This document shows, piece by piece, positions 1 to 8,422 of a stretch of DNA of 64,000 nt. The stretch is from Flavobacteriales bacterium UBA4474 (lineage in GTDB: Bacteria; Bacteroidota; Bacteroidia; Flavobacteriales_D; Sanyastnellaceae): NCBI GenBank assembly GCA_002389295.1, contig DGOE01000041.1:15080-79079 (forward strand), read 5' to 3'. Within the stretch, counting starts at the first letter, position 1, and each line of letters begins with the position of its first letter. Below the pieces are notes generated by a model. That model made no database searches. It had not been told where the DNA came from and worked only from the letters and a program-made list of their open reading frames with translations. Both the position numbers and the translations under genes were made by a program.

Positions 1-271
1 CAACACCAAAGCGGTTGGGCAGACTCGAAGTCAGGGTGACGCTGCTTGTCGAAGGTGCACCATGAAAACCCACCCATTGCTCCCTGTGACTCAAGGAAGC
101 GAAGGTGCCCAGCTCGGTTCCTGCAAAAGCGGGATTCACGAGGAAGGGGTTCTGAACGAATTGACTCTGGCGGGAGAGTTGTTGTGCGTTCAAGTCGGTG
201 ACTCCCGACAACGCCATGGTCAATGCCAAGGCGCAAAGCAACGGCCATGCCGTATTTCTATCCGTGCGCAT
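1..271 (-). CDS. PorP/SprF-family type IX secretion system membrane protein (N-terminal fragment; gene runs off the left edge)
   Basis: Not in the ORF track because there is no stop in the window. Manual minus-strand translation from ATG at 271 gives MRTDRNTAWPLLCALALTMALSGVTDLNAQQLSRQSQFVQNPFLVNPAFAGTELGTFASLSHREQWVGFHGAPSTSS. This is a signal peptide plus the QQ..SQ[FY]..N....NPA....R.QW.G..GAP signature of PorP/SprF. It starts 6 nt after the stop of a type-B CTD gene, which is the usual pairing. Confidence 0.8.
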   Translation of the reverse strand, partial: MRTDRNTAWPLLCALALTMALSGVTDLNAQQLSRQSQFVQNPFLVNPAFAGTELGTFASLSHREQWVGFHGAPSTSSVTLTSSLPNRFGV

Positions 272-276
272 CGTCA

Positions 277-3200
277 TCAGTACTTGAGGGTTACGGTTCC
301 GGTGATGGGTTGAGCACCTGGCTCCACCGAAATCACATAATAATAATCGCTGGCGGGAAGCAATGCCCCATTGAAGGTGCCGTCCCACCAAGTGGTGCCA
401 GGCTTGGACCTGAAGATCAACTGGCCCCAACGGTTAAACACTTCCACCTCGCTCTGCGGGAAGAATTCAAGTCCGCCCACGACCCAACGGTCATTGATGC
501 CGTCGCCATTGGGCGTGATGGCATCTGCTATGAAGAGGCAATCTTCGGTGGGGTCAACTGTCGCCAGGAACCCGAGCGTGCACCCGATATTGTCGGTGAC
601 GGTGACGCTGTACACGTCCTCTGGCAACCCGATGGCGGTAGCCGTCGTTTGGCCACTGGCATCGCTCCATTCGTATTGGATGGGCAATTGCCCCCCTGTG
701 ACCGCTGCCGTGACTGTACCATCGGAAGTCTGCCAACACGTCACTGGGGTGGAGAAGATTTCGACCAGCATGTCGGTCACGATGTCCGCCTCGACCATGA
801 AACTGGAGTCAGCCGTGCACCCTGCGGTATCGGCGGCAGCGACGAAGTATTCCCCCTCGAAGAGGTTGAGCACATCCACGGATCCGCCTACGAATTCCCA
901 TGCGGTTTCTCCCGACCCTCCTACAGTGCCAATGATGGCCACGCCATCGTCCATTCCGGTGCAGGTCACATTCTGTACGGTGATGTCAAACAACAACGGA
1001 TCAGGCTCTTCGATTTCCACGGTCGCCGAATCCAAACAGCCGTTCTCATCACTGAGGTACAGCGGATAGACTCCCGCGCAGAGGTTGACCAACCCGCTCG
1101 GCACCACGGCAGTGGAATCACTCACACTGCCTTCGTAAAGTGAGAGCAGCCCTGTGCCGCCTGTGAATGCAACTTCGATGCCGCCTGTGCAGTCTCCCCC
1201 GCATTCCGGAAATACGGCGGTCAAGACGTCCAAATCCACCAATTCCGGTTCGGGAATTCCAATCTCCAAACTGTCGATGCAGCCCAGTGTGTCGCCGACC
1301 ACCAGCATCAAGGAGTCGGGTCCCAGGTTCGGCAGGGTGTCGGGCAGGTTGTAGAATACAAAGGGCGAGATGAGCTCGAGGTCTCCGCTGCCTCCAAGGG
1401 CATTGACCACCAGGATACCATCAGCCGCCCCCGTGCAGGAGATCGGGGTGATGGAGGGAATGATCTGGATGGGGGCCGGTTCTTCCACGGATACTTCGTA
1501 GAAGTCACTGGTGCACCCGATGCTGTCCTGCACCAAGACGTCATAATTGCCCGCAGGGACATTGAAACAACTGCCATCCCAACTTCCGGTGGGCAGCGGC
1601 ACCAGTTGAGGTGTCAATGGTCCTGTTCCGCCTTCGAGGTCTCCCACGCAGATTTGGCCACCTGCGCCGCCACTGCACGGCACGTTCGACGCGCTGAAAG
1701 TGAACAGGATGGTGTCGGGGCCCAAGATTTCCAGTGTGTCCGTCACCAGGCATTCGTTGCCGTCCTCGGTGATGTGGATGTAGGCGCCAGGACACAACTG
1801 ACCCGATATGACCGGTGTCCCATCGAGTTGGGCCGTGGTGATGATGTAGGGCAATTCACCCCCCTCCACATCGGCCAAAATGAGCCCATTGCAATCTCCT
1901 GCGCAGGCCACATCCGTAATGGCGTATTCCACTTGCAATCCTTCGGGCTCTTCGATGACCAAGGGCTCGGTGTAAGTGCAGCCATTGTCATCGGTGATGG
2001 TAAAGGTGTACGTGCCGCTGGGCAAGCCATCCTGTTCGAAGTCGATGTTGCCGTTGAAATCAATGGTCACGGCGAGTTCTGGCACTTCAAAAACCACATT
2101 ACCTGTGCCACCCGCAGCCGAAGCGCTGAAGCTGGCATCGCTGTATCCCGTGCAGCTCACTTCCGTGGAAGACACATCAAAGAAGAGCGGTTCCGGACAG
2201 GAAATCGTGACCGTTGTATCCACGGAGCAACCGACCTGATCGGTGACGGTCAGGGTGTAATCTCCATCTCCGCCAAAACAAGAAAGCGGGCCAAAACAGT
2301 CACTGGCGTTGGGCTCGAGGATCAAGCCAAGGGCATTGGAGGCCTGTGTGGTCAATCCGCCAGATCCTCCTACTGCGGTGAAGCACACCTCTGCTTGATC
2401 CAGGTCACCACAGATGTTGTCTTGGGTCAGCGTGGCTTCCAGCTGTATCTCGTCGGGAGAAAGAAAAGCAAACACACCGGTCGTGTCACGGCACGTGTTG
2501 CTGGAGAACGCCACGGTCTGGGCCGTATCGAACAGGGCGACGAAGTAATTGCCATCAGAGATGCCATCGAAAACGGGATCGCCGACCTGCTGCTGCATCA
2601 GCGTAGTGTCGGTGCCAGTGAACTGGTAGAGGCTGTACTCCACTGATGCAGTCAATGGCTGTGCGGGGTCGTTGGGCAAGACTTGGATGGTCGCCGTCTC
2701 CCCGAAGCATTCTATTTCTTCCATTACCGTGTACTGCGGGTCCACCATGGGCTCGCAGAAGTCTCCCACTTCTACATAGCCATCCGTGCAGTACGGCGTG
2801 ACAGTCGTTCCAAGCTGCATCGCCACGCAGACCTGGAATGAAAAGGACTCACAGGTGGTGATTTGTCCAATCAGGGCGCGGCCATTTTGCACCGTCGCGT
2901 GAACGGGGTCGGCGTTGGTGACCACCAGTCCCCCTTGGACCACCTCGTCTGAACAACTGTCGAACCCCAAGGGAAACATGCCCGCTGTCTCAAATACGGT
3001 GGTACCCGGCGTTCCTTGCGCAATGTGGGTCGTCCACCACGTGTCGTAAACGATGTGAGGATCGATGGCGATGAACCCCGCATTGACGTTTGACCCCGAG
3101 TTGTATCCGTTCGGGACAAACAGAGACTCATAATTGTAGCAACCGCACGGAGCGTCAAAACCGAATCCGGGAATGACTGGAACGCTCACGTCGTCCGCCG

Positions 3201-3411
3201 CCGGGCCCAGCATCACGTGATCATCTGAGGGCAGGACAGCGTACAATCTGTAGCGGCGAAACCCAGCTGGCACATCGGCAACACCGTCATACAGTACAGT
3301 GTCCAGGACAACGTCCACCTCCAGATCATAGTTGAGCTGGGCATGAATACTGTCTCCGAGCGACAGCCCGAAAACAAGTGTGAGTAAGAGATAACTGATG
3401 TGTGCTCTCAT
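277..3411 (-). CDS. SprB-repeat cell-surface protein with type-B T9SS (gliding-motility/CHU_C) C-terminal domain
   Basis: 1044-aa ORF with signal peptide MRAHISYLLLTLVFGLSLGDSIHAQ. Many SprB-type repeats (C.G..DG.i.v...GG.g...y.w, e.g. VTCWQTSDGTVTAAVTGGQLPIQYEW). The C-terminus ITPNGDGINDRWVVGGLEFFPQSEVEVFNRWGQLIF...YYYV is the classic type-B sorting domain. Confidence 0.9.
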   Translation of the reverse strand: MRAHISYLLLTLVFGLSLGDSIHAQLNYDLEVDVVLDTVLYDGVADVPAGFRRYRLYAVLPSDDHVMLGPAADDVSVPVIPGFGFDAPCGCYNYESLFVPNGYNSGSNVNAGFIAIDPHIVYDTWWTTHIAQGTPGTTVFETAGMFPLGFDSCSDEVVQGGLVVTNADPVHATVQNGRALIGQITTCESFSFQVCVAMQLGTTVTPYCTDGYVEVGDFCEPMVDPQYTVMEEIECFGETATIQVLPNDPAQPLTASVEYSLYQFTGTDTTLMQQQVGDPVFDGISDGNYFVALFDTAQTVAFSSNTCRDTTGVFAFLSPDEIQLEATLTQDNICGDLDQAEVCFTAVGGSGGLTTQASNALGLILEPNASDCFGPLSCFGGDGDYTLTVTDQVGCSVDTTVTISCPEPLFFDVSSTEVSCTGYSDASFSASAAGGTGNVVFEVPELAVTIDFNGNIDFEQDGLPSGTYTFTITDDNGCTYTEPLVIEEPEGLQVEYAITDVACAGDCNGLILADVEGGELPYIITTAQLDGTPVISGQLCPGAYIHITEDGNECLVTDTLEILGPDTILFTFSASNVPCSGGAGGQICVGDLEGGTGPLTPQLVPLPTGSWDGSCFNVPAGNYDVLVQDSIGCTSDFYEVSVEEPAPIQIIPSITPISCTGAADGILVVNALGGSGDLELISPFVFYNLPDTLPNLGPDSLMLVVGDTLGCIDSLEIGIPEPELVDLDVLTAVFPECGGDCTGGIEVAFTGGTGLLSLYEGSVSDSTAVVPSGLVNLCAGVYPLYLSDENGCLDSATVEIEEPDPLLFDITVQNVTCTGMDDGVAIIGTVGGSGETAWEFVGGSVDVLNLFEGEYFVAAADTAGCTADSSFMVEADIVTDMLVEIFSTPVTCWQTSDGTVTAAVTGGQLPIQYEWSDASGQTTATAIGLPEDVYSVTVTDNIGCTLGFLATVDPTEDCLFIADAITPNGDGINDRWVVGGLEFFPQSEVEVFNRWGQLIFRSKPGTTWWDGTFNGALLPASDYYYVISVEPGAQPITGTVTLKY

Positions 3412-3441
3412 GGCGAATGGTCCGGTACTTTGCGCCGCGTT

Positions 3442-4260
3442 ATGAATCTGCTCGTTCCCAAAGGGTCGCGCAAATTAATGCAATTGATGCCGGCAGTACC
3501 CATAGGAATATCGCGCACTGGACAGATTCGGTTGCTTTTTGAGGATGACCGCTACCTGGCGGTCATTAAACCCGCCGGTTTGCTCATGCACAAGACGCCC
3601 ATCGATGCGCACGAAAAAGAAAACCTCCGGGACATTCTTAAAGCGGTGCGGACAGGCCGACTCGATCCCGTGCACAGATTGGACAAACCCACCAGCGGCG
3701 TCGTTGTTTTTGGCAAAGACTCCGAGGCCATTGATGCATGCAAACAGCAATTTGAGTCCCGCAAAACCCAAAAGGCATACCTCTGCTTGGTGCGCGGACA
3801 TGTGCCTTTTGCGGGGTGCTTGTTGAAACCCCTGCCCAAAGGCATGGAAGGCCCTCCCCGTGAAGCGAGAACGTCTTTTGACCCTGTGGAATCCTGTGAA
3901 TTGCCTTACGCCGTCTCTCGATATGCTTCGGCGAGGTTGAGCTTGCTGCGCTGCACTCCGCACACCGGACGCTATCATCAAATCCGCTTGCACATGCGGC
4001 ATTTCAGGCACCCCATTCTCGGCGACTCTCAGCACGGTGACAAGCATCAAAACCGCGCATTTACGGCCCACACAGGAGTTTCCGGCCTGATGCTCCATGC
4101 GCAGCGTTTTGCCTTTGCACACCCCGAAGGCGGGACAGTGGATCTGTGCGCGGCCATTCCCGATCGTTGGTTGTCGCTGGAAAACGTAACCGGATGGAAT
4201 CTGAGCCGTTTCAGCATAGACAGCGCCGCACATTTTCAAAGCGACACGGCAACACCATGA
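3442..4260 (+). CDS. RluA-family pseudouridine synthase (TruC-like)
   Basis: Motifs LAVIKPAGLLMHKT and GRLDPVHRLDKPTSGVVVFGKD (catalytic Asp in HRLD), plus KAYLCLVRG and HQIRLHM. Start is uncertain: ATGs at 3400, 3442 and 3478. 3400 would overlap the divergent upstream gene. Confidence 0.85.
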   Translation: MNLLVPKGSRKLMQLMPAVPIGISRTGQIRLLFEDDRYLAVIKPAGLLMHKTPIDAHEKENLRDILKAVRTGRLDPVHRLDKPTSGVVVFGKDSEAIDACKQQFESRKTQKAYLCLVRGHVPFAGCLLKPLPKGMEGPPREARTSFDPVESCELPYAVSRYASARLSLLRCTPHTGRYHQIRLHMRHFRHPILGDSQHGDKHQNRAFTAHTGVSGLMLHAQRFAFAHPEGGTVDLCAAIPDRWLSLENVTGWNLSRFSIDSAAHFQSDTATP

Positions 4261-5291
4261 TATTCGGAAGCGACCACAGGGACAAGACGGAGCATCCTGG
4301 GCCCTTTGCCCAATTTGAGGCTCCTCCCCCACCGGATTATGCCAACCCCAAGGCTTGGGCGGCATACCCTGGGCGCAATCCCATTGGCCACTGGCCCGAG
4401 CGCATTCCCGTGCTGCCAGTCTCTCCAGAGCAACAACCTCAGCCCATCCCCGTCCAGACTTTCTTCATTCACCCCACGACGTTTCGCGGATTGGGCGTCG
4501 GCTGGAACGCGGCTTGGGACGACACGGCCATTGCCGCCATCACCGACGAATGGCCCTTGCGGCACCAAGCCAGCGTGTTTAGATCGGTCGGTCGGGTCAC
4601 TGCGCCGCGCTATCGACAGGCCCACCTGCGCACCTTTTTCTTGCGTGGAGCAGACAGCCAAGCGGCATTGGAACTGGCCTACTCCGACATTCGGCGGGCC
4701 TTTCTTCATTTCCTTCAATCCATTGATGACAAGACCGGCATCATCATCGCCGGTCACAGCCAAGGTTCACACCACGGTTGGCGCATCCTGCAGGAATTCT
4801 TCGACGGCTCGGGTTTGCAGCCCCGATTGGTGGCCGCCTACCTGCCCGGCTACCCCATCCCCGGGGACAGCCTGCATGCGATTCCTTTTGCCGACCGTGA
4901 GGCCCATGTGGGTGCCGCGCATGGCTGGATGACGTTTGCCGAGTCTTTTGTCCCCGAATTCCACCCGACCCACATGCAAAACACCCGCATGATCCACCCG
5001 ATCCTGTGGACCCCCGAGGAAGGTCAATGGAACCACTGGGATGCCCACAGGGGCATCATCACACGCAATTTCAAACTGCGGCACAAGGGCGCGCTTTCCG
5101 GCGCGCTGCATGAAGGCATGCTCTGGATCAAACCGCTCCGGGTCCTCGGTGCAGGCATGTTTGCCATGAAGAATTGGCACGTGGCTGACTACAACCTCTT
5201 CTGGGACAACATCCGATTGAATTTGGAGAAACAGGTCGAATTGTACCGCTTTGCGACCTCCAGGGTCGACGAATTGGGCGGAAAATCGTAA
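4257..5291 (+). CDS. DUF3089-like alpha/beta hydrolase
   Basis: FFIHPTT early motif and the nucleophile elbow IIIAGHSQGS. The internal ATG at 4257 overlaps the upstream stop (ATGA), so I prefer it to the ORF-track start at 4146. Confidence 0.6.
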   Translation: MIFGSDHRDKTEHPGPFAQFEAPPPPDYANPKAWAAYPGRNPIGHWPERIPVLPVSPEQQPQPIPVQTFFIHPTTFRGLGVGWNAAWDDTAIAAITDEWPLRHQASVFRSVGRVTAPRYRQAHLRTFFLRGADSQAALELAYSDIRRAFLHFLQSIDDKTGIIIAGHSQGSHHGWRILQEFFDGSGLQPRLVAAYLPGYPIPGDSLHAIPFADREAHVGAAHGWMTFAESFVPEFHPTHMQNTRMIHPILWTPEEGQWNHWDAHRGIITRNFKLRHKGALSGALHEGMLWIKPLRVLGAGMFAMKNWHVADYNLFWDNIRLNLEKQVELYRFATSRVDELGGKS

Positions 5292-5302
5292 ATTCCTGTT
5301 AC

Positions 5303-8300
5303 ATGTTATCCATTGCCAGATTAACGCTGCTCCGCAGTGCAGGTTTGATTGTTGCTTTTTTCTGCTTGTCCTCTTGGAGCGTTGAAGCCCAAGACACCAT
5401 ACCCGCAGCGTGGGCAGGCTCACTTTCCGGAAGCCAAATCGCCAGCTTTGAGGTGACCGCAGGATGCAGTCTGCTCTCGTTTGACATCAGCTTGGACATC
5501 GTGGCCCCCGGCAGCAATTGGGCAGGTGACATGGCCCTGGCCATTACCGCGCCCAATGGCAACCGCATCGAGGTGGGTGGCTACAATGTCAATTTCGGGT
5601 ACGTGGATGCAGGAGGCTGGCCCAGCGGGTGGAACACCAATGCAGACGGAAACTTCACCGCATCCATGACCGGGCTTGACCAATACAACCTCGCGGGGTC
5701 TGGATGCTGGCTGATTGAAGTCATGAACGCGTGGAACTCAGCCGCATCGAGCGACTATGTGATGTCCTTGGATCTGATTGGCTTGTGCAGTGAAGGAGAC
5801 TTGGAGGGCTGCACGGATCCAGCGGCGCTCAACTACAACGCTTGTGCCATGCTGGATGATGGCAGCTGCCTCTACCCCCCGCTTTCCGCCAACTTCGATT
5901 GGACATCGAGCTGTGGATTGCCCCTCACGGCCAATTTCAGTGACGAGAGCATGGGCAATGTGGTCACCTATGATTGGAGTTTTGCTGGAGGCACCCCTGC
6001 GACCAGCAGCTCGGCTTCTCCGGAGGTGGTTTGGGACGCCCCTGGAACTTTTGAAGTCACATTGACCGTGGGTGACGGCGCCGGAGGCACTTCCACCAAC
6101 ATGGGCACCATTGACGTAGGAGAAAACCTCCACCGCCTCGAAATCGACATTGTGCCCGATGGGTTTCCCCAAGAAACCTCTTTCGTCGTGGTCACCGAAG
6201 CCGGGGACACCTTGCACACCGGAGGTGCGGAAGGCCTCGATGTCTGTATCCCCGATGGGTGTGTTTCCGTGTGGATGTACGATTCGGGTGCAGATGGCTT
6301 TTCCATCGGTGGCACCTACCAAATTCGCTACGACGGCACTGTCCTGCGCGATGGTGAACACTTCGATGCGGCCCTGCTGACCCTGGTGGGTTGTCCCGAA
6401 GGAAGCAGCTGTGACAGCGCCATCGACTTGTTGTTGCCCCCCAACGGAGACACCTTGTCCTTTGTGGCCCCCTTGTCCAGCACTTGGTATTACTTCCAAG
6501 TCGATACCACGGGACAGTACCGCTTTTCCACCTGCGACTTGACCGGCTGCGACACGCGGATCCACCTGTATGATTACTGCGACATGGCGGTCTTTGAGAC
6601 TTCTTCGGAGGCCTTCATCACCATGTCGGATGACGATTGTGGCCTCCAAAGTGTGGTCACACCGGTGCTCATCTCGGGAGAGACCATCTACATCCAAATC
6701 GAAGGAGACGGCGATTGCAATGCCGGGGCCGGCGGCGTGCCTTTTGAAGCCCACTATTTGGGTGGCATCCCGGGCTGCATGAACATCGAAGCCTGCAACT
6801 ACCTGCCCATCGCGACCACCGCCGACACCTGCTATCTGGCCGGCGATCCGGAATGTCCCAACATCGGCCCCGACCTCATCATCAATGGTCCCCGGGCTTA
6901 CAGCACACTGGAGATGACGCTGGAAAACAGCTCCGACGGCTGCATGATTGAAGAGGGCTGTATTCAGGGGTATGGCTCGCGCGAAATCGTGCGCTTCGAC
7001 ACCGAAATCGCCAACATCGGCACCGAAGACTATTTCATCGGCGCCCCTTCGGCCCAGCCCGACCAATTCGAGTGGGACGCCTGTCACAACCACTACCACT
7101 ATGAGGGTTATGCCGAATACGCATTGTACGATGCCAGTGGCTCCCCCCTCCCCACCATCGGCTTCAAAAACGGTTTCTGTGTATTGGACCTGGGCAGTTG
7201 CAACTACGGCGGCGGTCCCCAGAAGTACACCTGCTCCAACATGGGCATCACCGCAGGTTGTCAGGACATATACTCCCGCTACCTCGATTGCCAATGGGTC
7301 GACATCACCGACCTCGACGCTGGGGACTACACGTTGGTCATTCGCGTGAATTGGGACTACAGCCCCGACGCCAATGGCAGCTACGAGTTGAACTACGCCA
7401 ACAATGCTGTGGCCGTCTGCTTCTCATTTGAGCGCGACGCCAGCGGTACCGCCATCAACTTCGCCAAGTATGAAGACTGCCCTGTACCGGTGGACTGCCT
7501 GGGACACCCCTTCGGCTCGGAGGAACCAGACTGTGCCGGCAACTGTCCGGGCTTTCTGGTCAAGGGCGATCTGGACCAAGACGGCGAAGTCGACGCGGAC
7601 GACCCCTTGCTCTATGCAGACTTGCTCATTGACGGGGTCGAATCTTCAGCGCCCTGCGTGGACCTCAATGGCGACGGCACGCTGAGCATCACCGATGTTG
7701 CGCTGGCCGCAGACTGCGCCCATTTGGGACACAACCACCTCGGAGACAATGGTGTGGAAGACCACTGCGATTGGAATGGGCCCTTGCTGGTGCCGGATGA
7801 GGAGGTCATGTTCTCCTTGATCCTTCCGCACGAAGACTCCAGTTTTGTCGACCTGTATGTCCACAACCCACAGACCTGGCTGAGCGGTTGGTCGGTGCAA
7901 CTCGACGGCGCTGCCTTCACGGCATTGACGCCCTTGTTTGATACCACGGGCTTTTCCCACTACTTCCACCTGTCCGCTTCGGGCATGGTCTTTGGCGTGG
8001 CCCTCGAGGACAGTTTGGTGCACAAGAGCACCCTTCCACAACCCCTCGTTCGCTTGCACTTTACAGATGCAGCGGCAGAAATCTGCATGATCGGCAATGC
8101 CGAAGTCACGAACCACGACCGCCACAACGTTGCGGCTTCCGCCACAGGTTGCATAGTCCCGGGCACCTTCTGCCTCGGCGACATCAACGACAACGGCATC
8201 CGCGATGTGGGCGACCTGCTGGTGGCCCTCGGGATTTTTGGTTGCAATACGGATTGCGGACCGGCCGATGTGGATGGGGACGGGATTGTAGGGGTCAATG

Positions 8301-8344
8301 ACCTTTTGATCATGCTCGGCCTCTTTGGAGACCCCTGTCAATAA
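5303..8344 (+). CDS. Secreted multidomain lysyl-oxidase-like copper amine oxidase with tandem dockerin-like C-terminal tail
   Basis: Signal peptide. PKD-like segment (NFSDESMGNVVTYDWSFAGG...FEVTLTVGD). PPC-like segment (SCDSAIDL...WYYFQVDTTGQYRFSTC...DTRIHLYDYC). Two GC..ACNY modules. LOX catalytic domain, internal dockerin-like pair, and a C-terminal double tail. No T9SS CTD. Confidence 0.85.
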   Translation: MLSIARLTLLRSAGLIVAFFCLSSWSVEAQDTIPAAWAGSLSGSQIASFEVTAGCSLLSFDISLDIVAPGSNWAGDMALAITAPNGNRIEVGGYNVNFGYVDAGGWPSGWNTNADGNFTASMTGLDQYNLAGSGCWLIEVMNAWNSAASSDYVMSLDLIGLCSEGDLEGCTDPAALNYNACAMLDDGSCLYPPLSANFDWTSSCGLPLTANFSDESMGNVVTYDWSFAGGTPATSSSASPEVVWDAPGTFEVTLTVGDGAGGTSTNMGTIDVGENLHRLEIDIVPDGFPQETSFVVVTEAGDTLHTGGAEGLDVCIPDGCVSVWMYDSGADGFSIGGTYQIRYDGTVLRDGEHFDAALLTLVGCPEGSSCDSAIDLLLPPNGDTLSFVAPLSSTWYYFQVDTTGQYRFSTCDLTGCDTRIHLYDYCDMAVFETSSEAFITMSDDDCGLQSVVTPVLISGETIYIQIEGDGDCNAGAGGVPFEAHYLGGIPGCMNIEACNYLPIATTADTCYLAGDPECPNIGPDLIINGPRAYSTLEMTLENSSDGCMIEEGCIQGYGSREIVRFDTEIANIGTEDYFIGAPSAQPDQFEWDACHNHYHYEGYAEYALYDASGSPLPTIGFKNGFCVLDLGSCNYGGGPQKYTCSNMGITAGCQDIYSRYLDCQWVDITDLDAGDYTLVIRVNWDYSPDANGSYELNYANNAVAVCFSFERDASGTAINFAKYEDCPVPVDCLGHPFGSEEPDCAGNCPGFLVKGDLDQDGEVDADDPLLYADLLIDGVESSAPCVDLNGDGTLSITDVALAADCAHLGHNHLGDNGVEDHCDWNGPLLVPDEEVMFSLILPHEDSSFVDLYVHNPQTWLSGWSVQLDGAAFTALTPLFDTTGFSHYFHLSASGMVFGVALEDSLVHKSTLPQPLVRLHFTDAAAEICMIGNAEVTNHDRHNVAASATGCIVPGTFCLGDINDNGIRDVGDLLVALGIFGCNTDCGPADVDGDGIVGVNDLLIMLGLFGDPCQ
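6868..7432 (+). other. Lysyl oxidase (LOX)-like catalytic domain
   Basis: PDLIINGPRAY...CMIEEGC...REIVRFDTEIANIGTEDYF...FEWDACHNHYHYEGY...IGFKNGFCVLDLGSC...GCQDIYSRYLDCQWVDITD...NYANN aligns motif-for-motif with animal LOX: WEWHSCHQHYH copper site, HKASFCLED lysine, GCYDTY tyrosine and DCQWIDITD. Confidence 0.8.
7529..7723 (+). other. Internal two-segment dockerin-like (EF-hand-like Ca-binding) module
   Basis: DCAGNCPGFLVKGDLDQDGEVDADDPLLYADLLIDG....APCVDLNGDGTLSITDVALAADCAH contains two D-x-[DN]-x-DG-x-[VIL]-x-x-x-D loop-helix segments. Confidence 0.55.
8168..8341 (+). other. Tandem Cys-bracketed dockerin-like C-terminal tail (two copies)
   Basis: FCLGDINDNGIRDVGDLLVALGIFGCNTDCGPADVDGDGIVGVNDLLIMLGLFGDPCQ* runs up to the stop codon. 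Confidence 0.7.
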
Positions 8345-8422
8345 TCCACAGGGCTTGGCGGCCAGAGGGTGCCATCAGCCTGCCCGGCTGGGCTAACTTT
8401 GGAGCGCTCCATTGAAACGCGC

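Noticed and set aside
5738-7294. 518-aa minus-strand ORF antisense to the LOX-like gene. Similar cases: 223..1143 and 1606..2646 (+) opposite the SprB gene, 15544..16557 (+), 21261..22055 (+), 41892..42836 (+), 44666..45424 (+), 55787..56506 (-)
   Set aside because: All are shadow ORFs opposite genes with strong domain evidence. Their compositions look like reverse-complement artefacts and none has a signal or motif.
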